From Planctomycetota bacterium (GTDB taxonomy: Bacteria; Planctomycetota; UBA1135; UBA2386), in contig OZ245838.1 of NCBI GenBank assembly GCA_965228735.1, forward strand, positions 4,672,001-4,736,000: DNA of 64,000 nucleotides, in the 5' to 3' direction. Below, one piece after another: positions 56,806 through 64,000 of this stretch; the first letter of the stretch is position 1, and every line of letters begins with the position of its first letter. Both the position numbers and the translations under genes were made by a program. The notes under the pieces are model-generated. The model was given only the letters and a program-made list of their open reading frames with translations. It was not told where the DNA came from and searched no databases.

Positions 56806-57505
56806 TCTCGCTCTTTGCTCTGTCTGTGTTCGGGCGGTCGCTAACAGCGCGCCGTTGCAGCACGCTGTCGATGCTTCGGAGCACGAGCACTGCTTCCCGC
56901 AGCCGCTCGTCTTCCGGCTCCTCGCCGTCCACGTGGAACCGTTCGAGCGCTCTCCGGAGATCTCGGCTCCACTTCCGGTCGTTCTCCGGGATCGTCGCGC
57001 GCGACGCATCGAGGCGTCTGACGAGCTCTGCACCCTCTTCGCCCTCTTGTTCAAGCATTCGGTGCGGGAACTCTAAGATCGCGGCTCCGACTGGACCGAA
57101 CTCAGGCATGTGAAACTGGTCTGAGAGATCGACGGAGTCCGGCGACGTCACGTCGATACCGAGCCTCACCAACATATTCAGTGCCACTCTTGCCAGCAGG
57201 GACACTGGCTCGATCGCGACAACGGCCTCACGGTAGAGTGCGCACAGCACTGGATCGAGCGTTCGATCTCGCTGGTCGACTGCGAGGGCGGTGAGTTCTC
57301 CCCAGCCCGCGTCCCGATCGAGAAGCTCTCGCATCGCTGGGCTGTGCTGGGCATAGACGGTCACGGAGTGCGCGAGCCGAGGTGCTGTCGGGAGTTCGCC
57401 GGTTGCCTTGAACACGTCGAACGCTTCACGCGTCGCGGTGCGCGAAATCGGGTAGTGCTGAATGCGATCACTGGCCCGTTCCAGCCTGCGTCGTAGTGCG
57501 CGCAT
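56747..57505 (-). CDS. Hypothetical protein
   Basis: Follows the upstream gene stop directly; GAGGAG RBS upstream. Confidence 0.55.
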   Translation of the reverse strand: MRALRRRLERASDRIQHYPISRTATREAFDVFKATGELPTAPRLAHSVTVYAQHSPAMRELLDRDAGWGELTALAVDQRDRTLDPVLCALYREAVVAIEPVSLLARVALNMLVRLGIDVTSPDSVDLSDQFHMPEFGPVGAAILEFPHRMLEQEGEEGAELVRRLDASRATIPENDRKWSRDLRRALERFHVDGEEPEDERLREAVLVLRSIDSVLQRRAVSDRPNTDRAKSETRGPRSAPRALPGTTGIEL

Positions 57506-57506
57506 T

Positions 57507-57986
57507 CTAGTTACTCCTCGTGTCGGCCTGTTCGAGCGCTCGTTCGAGTTGCAGAAGGCGCTCCTCCATCTCGCCGGTCTCGATGGCACGAAGCCGGATC
57601 TGGATCGCCTTGACGAGCGTGTCTGCCTCCGTTTGTTCCATTCGGCCGTTGCAGACCGCGTCGATGATCCGTTCCAGCGCGACGTTGCAGTCGTTAGCAT
57701 CGCGCAGCCGAGGGAGATCGATTGCGATTGGCCGAGCTTCGTCGGGTGGTGGGGTCGCTTTGCCGCACAAGCGATCTAGAACCAGGCGCGCGGCCCCGAG
57801 GTCACCTTCGAGTGCCATGCGGGTCGCCCGCCGCATGATTGCCTCGATGTGCTCCTGCGAGATCGCCTCTTCCGCCGCTCGACGCAGATCGAGTGTCCGA
57901 CGCCGTGCGCCGCCCGGGCCGCCGGGGTTGCCGGCGGTGAAGCGACCGCGCTCGTCGCGTCCTGTGTTGTTCCCCGAACCGGTCAC
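57507..57986 (-). CDS. DUF5681-like / small-terminase-like protein
   Basis: GRDERGRFTAGNPGGPG, then ALEGD..AARLVLDR..GK and ELEERL-like C-terminus. Confidence 0.6.
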   Translation of the reverse strand: MTGSGNNTGRDERGRFTAGNPGGPGGARRRTLDLRRAAEEAISQEHIEAIMRRATRMALEGDLGAARLVLDRLCGKATPPPDEARPIAIDLPRLRDANDCNVALERIIDAVCNGRMEQTEADTLVKAIQIRLRAIETGEMEERLLQLERALEQADTRSN

Positions 57987-57988
57987 GA

Positions 57989-59281
57989 TCAGTTCTCCGA
58001 CTCGTTTCGTGCGGGCTCTCGCTCGATGGCTACGTCCGTGAACGTTCGGCCGTCCCCTTGCAGCACCGCGTCTTCGCCCGTTGCCTTCTCCCAGCGACGA
58101 ATCGCAACGTCCACGAACGGCGGACTGATCTCGATTGCCCGGCACCGGCGTCCCGATTGCTCGGCGGCGATGAGTTGCGATCCGCTGCCGCTGAAGGGCT
58201 CAAAGATGACGTCGCCGGGTGACGTGTGCTTCTTGATCGGTCGGAGGAACAGCTCGACGGGCTTCGCGGTAGGGTGCTCTGCATCGGCAGAGCGCGCCTT
58301 GCCGTCGAAGTCGATCTCCCAAACGGAGTCGTGCTCGTGGACGCCATCGTGTTGGGGTTGGTCGCCCTTGCGCCATCCCATGACGCACGGCTCATGGCGG
58401 AAGTGCCAGTAGACGCGACCGAACACCGCGCTCGGCTTCACCCAGATGATCTGCTGGTGATCGAGGATGCCGAGCTCACGCCAGATGCGCTGCAGGTCGC
58501 CGCTCCGCTTGTGCGCGTGCCAGCAGTAGATCGCGGCCTTGTGCCCGAGCACCTCTAGGACGTTCTTGAACACCGCGCGGAAGAACGCGTCGGGGTCTTC
58601 GATCGACACCTCGTCGTAGCGGTCCGTCCAGTCTTTGCCGGAGTCGTTCGGGCGCTCACCGGTGTAGTCGACGAGGTAGGGCGGGTCGGTCGCGACAAGC
58701 GCAGCCTTCTCTCCGTCCATGACGCGGAGGACGTCGTTCATGTTCGTGGAGTCGCCGCACAAGAGACGGTGCTCGCCGAGCAACCAAAGGTCGCCGAGCT
58801 GAGCCACGGCCTCGACAGGGGGCTCCTCGGGGCCTTCGTCACTCAGCTCGTTGTCGACCTCTTCCTGCTCACGGAGTTCGGCGACGAGCGCGTCCAGGTC
58901 GTCCTCGGAGTAGCCGACGCCGTCGAGCGAGTCTTCTTGTCGGAGCTGCTCGAGCAGCGAGGCTAGCTCGGATTCGTCCCACTGCGCGAACTCGTGCGTT
59001 CGGTTGTCCGCGATCTGGAAAGCCGTCGCGTCGAGGTCAGTGCCCTCGAACCACCAGACAGGCACCTCGGTCATGCCGAGGCTCTGTGCGGCCTTCAGGC
59101 GTGTGTTGCCAGCGACGACTTCACCCGACCGTCGTGCGACGACGGGCTGTTGCCAGCCGAACCGACGCAAGCTCGCAGCGACGTGCGGAATGGCCGCGTC
59201 GTTGCGACGCGGGTTCGTGGGTGAGCAGAAGAGCCGATCGATCGCTACGGTTTCGATCGGCGGGGAAGCGGGCGTGTCCAA
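57989..59281 (-). CDS. ParB-like domain + N6/N4 DNA methyltransferase
   Basis: P.NPR.N...ASLRRFGW.QP, AG.TRLKAA, IADN; HRLLCGDST, TDPPY, HPT.KPVEL, FEPFSGSGS. Confidence 0.92.
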   Translation of the reverse strand: MDTPASPPIETVAIDRLFCSPTNPRRNDAAIPHVAASLRRFGWQQPVVARRSGEVVAGNTRLKAAQSLGMTEVPVWWFEGTDLDATAFQIADNRTHEFAQWDESELASLLEQLRQEDSLDGVGYSEDDLDALVAELREQEEVDNELSDEGPEEPPVEAVAQLGDLWLLGEHRLLCGDSTNMNDVLRVMDGEKAALVATDPPYLVDYTGERPNDSGKDWTDRYDEVSIEDPDAFFRAVFKNVLEVLGHKAAIYCWHAHKRSGDLQRIWRELGILDHQQIIWVKPSAVFGRVYWHFRHEPCVMGWRKGDQPQHDGVHEHDSVWEIDFDGKARSADAEHPTAKPVELFLRPIKKHTSPGDVIFEPFSGSGSQLIAAEQSGRRCRAIEISPPFVDVAIRRWEKATGEDAVLQGDGRTFTDVAIEREPARNESEN

Positions 59282-59416
59282 GATTGCACCTCATGCGGAT
59301 ACGTGGGGCCGCTTGGATGGGGTGCTTGGAAAAGGGGGCGGCCAGTGCGATTCTAGAACTCTGGCCCGCTATCGGACAGCGGTCATTCGATCAAAGTTGC
59401 AATACGAGAACGGTGG

Positions 59417-60211
59417 ATGCTATCACAGCCCTTTGCCGGTGAGCCGATACCGAGAGTACTCTACAAGTATCTGCCGGCAAGCCGGCACGCCTTCAGCGTC
59501 TTGGGGGATATGCGCGTCCGATTCACTCAGCCGTCTGCGCTAAACGACCCATACGAGGGCACCGTTGCCGTGCAGCCGTTCACTGACCCTCGATTCCCTG
59601 GGACAGCGAAGGAGGCTGCTGCGATTCTAGCTGCTGAGCTGAATTTGCCGGAATTCCGCGCACAGGTCGACGCTGACATCGGAGTGCTCTCGCTCTCGGA
59701 GGACGGTCTGAGCCCGAGGCTATGGGCGCACTACGCGGCGGACGCCCGGGGATTCTGTATCGGGTTTCGGACCGACGCGGCCATGTTCGCCGAGCAAGAA
59801 GATCCCAACTTTCAAACGACGCTGCGAGTCGTCTACTGTGACGGTCCTCTTCCGATGCCTGTGAGGCCGGGGGGCAGGCTCTCTCGGAGTGAGGCGATAC
59901 CTTACATGTTTGGGCGTAAGTTCGTCCAATGGTCCGACGAGCGAGAGGTGCGAGTCGTTAGGGCGCTGACGTGGGGCGACTTAGACGATGAACATAAGGA
60001 TGCCAACGGTATGGCGGTGCGCCGCTTACGTTTCCATCCTGACGATGTGGTCGAGATCGTGTTTGGCGCACGGGCGACCACCTGGACGTGTCAGAAGGTT
60101 GCGGCGCACTGCCAGGCAAATGGCATTCGACCCACGTATCGACGCGCGCGGATACTGCAAGGCCAGTTCAGGGTGATCTTGGAGCCGATCGATCCAAGCA
60201 CGCCGTTCTGA
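59417..60211 (+). CDS. DUF2971-domain protein
   Basis: LYKY, LNDPYE, VLSLSE, LWAHYA...GFCIGF, K...W..E.EVR, EIVFG. Confidence 0.8.
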   Translation: MLSQPFAGEPIPRVLYKYLPASRHAFSVLGDMRVRFTQPSALNDPYEGTVAVQPFTDPRFPGTAKEAAAILAAELNLPEFRAQVDADIGVLSLSEDGLSPRLWAHYAADARGFCIGFRTDAAMFAEQEDPNFQTTLRVVYCDGPLPMPVRPGGRLSRSEAIPYMFGRKFVQWSDEREVRVVRALTWGDLDDEHKDANGMAVRRLRFHPDDVVEIVFGARATTWTCQKVAAHCQANGIRPTYRRARILQGQFRVILEPIDPSTPF

Positions 60212-60277
60212 CCTTCGATCCAGGGAGTATTGCCCTTCGCGGATCAGTCAATGCCGGGTCCGCTACGCCAGCTTGAC

Positions 60278-60302
60278 CCGCTGAAACACCGTTGACTAAC
60301 GG
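60278..60302. repeat. 25-bp site, copy 2
   Basis: CCGCTGAAACACCGTTGACTAACGG; direct repeat of 51186-51210. Confidence 0.7.
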
Positions 60303-60353
60303 TGAGGTGGAACCTTCACGGCCGATCCGCGCCGCATTTCCCCGAGCATGTCG

Positions 60354-60788
60354 TCATTCGGGACTGGCCTCGTCCTCGCCGCGGTCATCGGGATCGAATG
60401 CAGAACCCTCGAACGGATCTGATTCAAGATCAGCATAGTCTTCGACAGACAGCGTGTCCCCCGGGTCATCCGTCCGAGAGCGGACGGGAGGGCTTCGCAG
60501 CCCTTCGTGGTTCGGTTCTTTGCGATGGCAGTTCCGGCAGAGCCACCGTACGTCCTCGAGGTGTCTCAGCTCGTCGAAAATGTGGTCGTAGTTGACGTGG
60601 TGTACGTCGAAGGGCAGGAGGTCTTGATCCTCCTGCACTCTTGAACATTCGACACCTTCGCACCGTCCGTCTGCCCTGTGCATCACTGCGCGTCTAACGC
60701 GTTGCCATGCACTGCTTCGGCGGTATTCAAGGTAGCCGAGAGCGCGATTGGCGGCTGGGTCCCAGCCTTCGATTTCCCATTGCTCCAT
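60354..60788 (-). CDS. HNH endonuclease
   Basis: Y..S.AW..VR..V..RA.GRCE...C, DVHH.NY, LCRNCH. Confidence 0.8.
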   Translation of the reverse strand: MEQWEIEGWDPAANRALGYLEYRRSSAWQRVRRAVMHRADGRCEGVECSRVQEDQDLLPFDVHHVNYDHIFDELRHLEDVRWLCRNCHRKEPNHEGLRSPPVRSRTDDPGDTLSVEDYADLESDPFEGSAFDPDDRGEDEASPE

Positions 60789-60834
60789 CGTCGCATGCTA
60801 CAGGAAATGCGACGTCGCAGTCCCGGTCTCGTGG

Positions 60835-61182
60835 CTAGGAGCAGGCGTCCCACACTCCATTGCATGTTCCCACGGCTTCGTCGGTGCAGCAGTACTCTAC
60901 GCCGCCCAGACATCGACTTCGACCGTCTGCGCAGTGTTGGCTGGCCTGGCGAGGTGTGCCGAGACTGAGTCCTTTAGGGATGCGGATCCCCAGCGCACGG
61001 GCTCCTCGCCTAACGTACACGAGCCGCGCACTCTCAAACTGCACGTCTGATGATCGCATCTCAATTGCCACACGGGGATGGTCCCGTGGGAAGAGCACGG
61101 TAGATGTTGCGTCGATTTGAGCTTTGCCTCGGAATCGAAGCCACTCGGGTTGCGTGGGGTGTTGGGGGCTATTCGATGACAT
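60835..61182 (-). CDS. Possible small protein with Cys-rich C-terminus
   Basis: Fills the gap between co-oriented genes; GAGG upstream; six Cys in the last ~33 aa. Confidence 0.35.
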   Translation of the reverse strand: MSSNSPQHPTQPEWLRFRGKAQIDATSTVLFPRDHPRVAIEMRSSDVQFESARLVYVRRGARALGIRIPKGLSLGTPRQASQHCADGRSRCLGGVEYCCTDEAVGTCNGVWDACS

Positions 61183-61199
61183 GGACAGCCTCGTAAGTT

Positions 61200-61814
61200 C
61201 TACGGTGCGGAGAAGATGCTGATCGTGCAGAGCGTCAATGCGACAATCATTGACAGGCCTGCCAGGGCGAGAATGCCTGCGCACGCAAGCTGCACGGGCT
61301 TGCGAACATGTTCTAAGGTCTCTCTCGCGTGGACCGCGAAGTCCTCCATCTTGAGATCTGTGAGATCGTCCAAGCTGGTCAGCAGCTGGCTGTAGTTCGC
61401 CTTGTCGGGGAGTTGTCCCAGGCCGCAGAGCTTGCGGAGATGTGCGAGAGTGTTCCTAAGATCGCGCTCACCGATGACATCTTTGTGAGCTCGGAGATCC
61501 TTCTTCCAGAGGTTCCAGAGTTCGCTCGTCCCCCCTTGGTTGGCGGACTCCTTGAGCGCGCGAGTCGCCTTAACGGTAGCTGGCGCAGCGATTGTCACCA
61601 ATGCCGCGTATGCGGCGAATGCTATCGAGGACGCAACAGCAAGTTGAGTCCTGAGCGGAAGGCTCTTGCCGAACAAGGCTAAGCCGTCAGCTAGCAGTGC
61701 GAGTGCGAAGAGTGTTGCGATCGACAACGGGCTAGACAGACGAAGCGCCAGCAGGTGCGACCAGTTGAGCCAAGAGCGAAGGCGGATGGCGAGTTTCGAT
61801 GGCAACTTGGGCAT
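61200..61814 (-). CDS. Hypothetical 3-TM membrane protein
   Basis: Two N-terminal and one C-terminal TM; start abuts the upstream stop. Confidence 0.6.
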   Translation of the reverse strand: MPKLPSKLAIRLRSWLNWSHLLALRLSSPLSIATLFALALLADGLALFGKSLPLRTQLAVASSIAFAAYAALVTIAAPATVKATRALKESANQGGTSELWNLWKKDLRAHKDVIGERDLRNTLAHLRKLCGLGQLPDKANYSQLLTSLDDLTDLKMEDFAVHARETLEHVRKPVQLACAGILALAGLSMIVALTLCTISIFSAP

Positions 61815-62315
61815 TCAGAAGAGCCTGAGGATTCCGTGGCCGGCAACCCCGACCCATAGCACTAGAAACAGCCAGGGCGTCAATCGACCCCAGTTCTTCG
61901 TGGACAGCCCGTCTCGTAGGAAGCTCCGGCGTGGTCGAAAGTAGTCTTCGGTGTCCGGCCGCGCCGTCAGCATCCGCCTCCCTTCGGGAACGACGGAGAG
62001 CTCCAGTCTGCGGATCAGCTCCTCCTTGTTTCTAAGGTGGTAGAGGAGCCGTGCTGCAGACGTGGCCCAGGCGAAGGCGAGGAGCGTCCCAGCACATCCA
62101 ACAGCGAGAACGATGCTCGCAGGAAGTGCATCGAAGAGTCTGCTTTCCTTGCCGCCGCTCAAGAGCGCCGCCATCAAGGCCGCGAACGCGACTAGCCCAG
62201 AGTGAAGGGTTGCGAAGACCCGGAAGACGTTCCAGAAGTGCTGGCTTGCCGAGGACCGAGTCGCGAAAAGAAGCTTGAGCTGCTCAGCAGCACTGATTGT
62301 TTCTTCGGGGTGCAT
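61815..62315 (-). CDS. Small 3-TM protein resembling RipA/Pycsar-type membrane effectors
   Basis: FW....VF..L.S.L.A TM1, G..L...W TM2, then ..IRRLE and a C-terminal P..F..LW TM3. Confidence 0.5.
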   Translation of the reverse strand: MHPEETISAAEQLKLLFATRSSASQHFWNVFRVFATLHSGLVAFAALMAALLSGGKESRLFDALPASIVLAVGCAGTLLAFAWATSAARLLYHLRNKEELIRRLELSVVPEGRRMLTARPDTEDYFRPRRSFLRDGLSTKNWGRLTPWLFLVLWVGVAGHGILRLF

Positions 62316-62489
62316 CGGCTGGGCTGAGTTGTTGTTGCGTTATTGGACGTAGGACACGCTGAGATTGCCGTTGGCGGTCAACACGATCGAGACATGGTCG
62401 TCGCCAGTTGGATCCGAATGCCCCTCTGGTCCAGACTCTTCGTGGTCCCACTCATCGTCGCCCTCGTGATCGCCCCGATCTGTTCGGAA

Positions 62490-62696
62490 GATGTTGGCTG
62501 CAGCTCTCGGAAGGCGCGGTTCTCTTCAAGCAGGTAAGCGATCAGTCGCGATTGATTCACGGTTGACGAAGCCTGCGAACGTGATCAGAAGCAGCTTTAG
62601 GGGGAGGTCAGCGGCCATCTGGCCGGATCATCGGCATCTGGGTGACCGATGTAACTCTCACTGGCCCAACGCGATCGAGTTTCCGAGTACCACGCG
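62490..62696 (-). pseudogene. Truncated, frameshifted N-terminus of an integrase-core (rve) type transposase, with possible IS end
   Basis: MAADLPLKLLLITFAGFVNR (start 62618) shifts frame into QSRLIAYLLEENRAFRELQ, then similarity stops; possible terminal sequence at 62671-62696. Confidence 0.55.
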
Positions 62697-62702
62697 CTCG
62701 CC

Positions 62703-64000
62703 TCAGTTGGCCCGGCTCGCGAGCTCGTTGAACGTCTTGATGAGGTCGAGTCCGACGAAGTAGTACTCGCGGTTGCGGTCGACGCTGAGGTTCCAGCCGT
62801 AGCCGGCCGTCACGAAGCCGTTGAACATCGAGACGTTGAACCCGAGCCCGAGCTCGACGCTGTCGTCGCCTTGATCGAGCCCGGCAACGTGGCCGCCTAC
62901 ACCGAGACCGAGCCCGTTCCAGAACTCGCCGGCAGGCGTCGGATCGCGCAAGTAGTACTGCCAGTTCGCGACGGCCGCGACGTTCGGCTTCCAGCTCTTG
63001 GCATCCGCGGTGCCGGTCTCAGCGCGCGCGAAGATCAGCTCGCCGCTGATCGTGCGATGGAAGCCCGTGAGCTTCGTCGTGGACTTGAAGTTCTCTTCGT
63101 GCAGGGTGCGGGCGCGATCGATCGGCACGTTCTCTTCCGTCTCGAGGAACCGCACGCGCGTCGTGATCTCGTCACCGAGCACGAGACTGGCGGTCGTCAG
63201 GTCGATGATGCCAACTGGCAGGTCGCTGAGTGGCCGTGGGATCGTGGTGGCCTTGTTGTCTTCGAGGATCTGTTCGACGGACTTGCGGTTCTTGGAGTCT
63301 TTTACTCGCTCCAGAAAGGTCGCGACGAACCCCGCAGTCGCAGGGAGCTGCGCGTTGAGCTCCTTGCGGAACTCGGCGAGATCGTCAGGGCTCACGATGC
63401 CCGCTAGCAGCGTCTCGAGACGCTCTTTCAGCTCCTCCGTCAGGCCATCACTGATGGCCGCGCTGAGCTTCTCCTTCGCCGTCTTCAGCGCCGCCAGATT
63501 GGCCTGCCAACTATCGACGACGTCCACAACGGCGGTTCGGATCTTGGCGGTCGCGCCCGACAGCGCGGTCACGACGCCAACGAGATCGGCGCCATCCGCC
63601 TTCTCGAGCTGTTTGATCAACAACTCGACGGCCCCGACCTGGGCTGCCAGCGTATCGATGCTCGTGACGGTGCCGTCGAGCGCCTTCTTGAGCTCGGCTA
63701 TGGCACGCTTGACCTCTTCCTTGCCCTCGAGCTCTTTGAGCTGTTCGAGCTCTTCTAGCCTGGCGATCAGCGTCATCGCCACGGACTTCCACGAGTCGGA
63801 CCCGACAACGAGCTTGGTCTCAATGCCGGTCTTTATCTCGGTCTTGATCTTCTCTGCGGCTTCCTTCAGCCGGACCTTCAGCTGCTCGAACTCACCGCGA
63901 AGAAAAGTCTCGATGCGATCGCGGTTCTCGACGATCTCCTTGATCGAGTCCTTGGCCTTCGTCGCCTGGTCGATCTCCATGCGGAGCTGCTTCTCCTCCG
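62703..64000 (-). CDS. Large hypothetical protein, 3' part: coiled coil plus C-terminal beta-strand-rich domain
   Basis: Frame is open to the window edge; heptad-rich region followed by alternating beta strands (ELGLGFNVSMF, TAGYGWNL). Confidence 0.7.
   Translation of the reverse strand, partial: EEKQLRMEIDQATKAKDSIKEIVENRDRIETFLRGEFEQLKVRLKEAAEKIKTEIKTGIETKLVVGSDSWKSVAMTLIARLEELEQLKELEGKEEVKRAIAELKKALDGTVTSIDTLAAQVGAVELLIKQLEKADGADLVGVVTALSGATAKIRTAVVDVVDSWQANLAALKTAKEKLSAAISDGLTEELKERLETLLAGIVSPDDLAEFRKELNAQLPATAGFVATFLERVKDSKNRKSVEQILEDNKATTIPRPLSDLPVGIIDLTTASLVLGDEITTRVRFLETEENVPIDRARTLHEENFKSTTKLTGFHRTISGELIFARAETGTADAKSWKPNVAAVANWQYYLRDPTPAGEFWNGLGLGVGGHVAGLDQGDDSVELGLGFNVSMFNGFVTAGYGWNLSVDRNREYYFVGLDLIKTFNELASRAN

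Larger units (their letters stand above)
30643..64000. mobile_element. tRNA-anchored genomic island (satellite/integrative element with defence-like cargo); right end not in window
   Basis: Starts at the tRNA 3' end; two tyrosine recombinases, excisionase, primase-polymerase and DNA methylase; visibly lower GC and weaker GC3 bias; no duplicate tRNA 3' end seen in the window. Confidence 0.85.

Noticed and set aside
30620..64000. Second att site (tRNA 3' end duplicate)
   Set aside because: Not found by eye in this window; the island probably extends beyond base 64000.

Overview
GC-rich bacterial DNA, probably from a Planctomycetota (inferred from DUF1580-like, carboxypeptidase-regulatory-like and secreted beta-propeller genes), in two parts. 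Positions 1-30.5 kb look like core chromosome: the 3' end of an NRPS with an embedded luciferase-like monooxygenase, a type I PKS (KS-AT-KR[DH]-ACP-TE), several secreted or membrane proteins, a NUDIX hydrolase, sixA, murJ, an ApaH-like phosphoesterase, a degenerate hisA paralog, an FMN-glutamate-synthase-family gene, an IMPase-family gene and trkH. A tRNA with a CAT anticodon (30569-30642) marks the start of a visibly lower-GC genomic island that runs past the window end. The island carries an HzsA-like heme protein and a satellite-like backbone (tyrosine integrase with a 503-bp 3' triplication, excisionase, SpoVG-like, DUF1580, primase-polymerase/DUF3987). It also carries a second recombinase, a ParB-methyltransferase module and dense defence-like cargo. 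The strongest candidate for an undescribed system is a 636-aa YMDD reverse transcriptase with a long alpha-helical C-terminus. It is preceded by a ~400-nt intergenic stretch that folds by eye into many nested helices, and is divergent from a dGTPase plus nucleotidyltransferase-nuclease operon. All family calls come from motif recognition by eye; no searches or folding programs were run.
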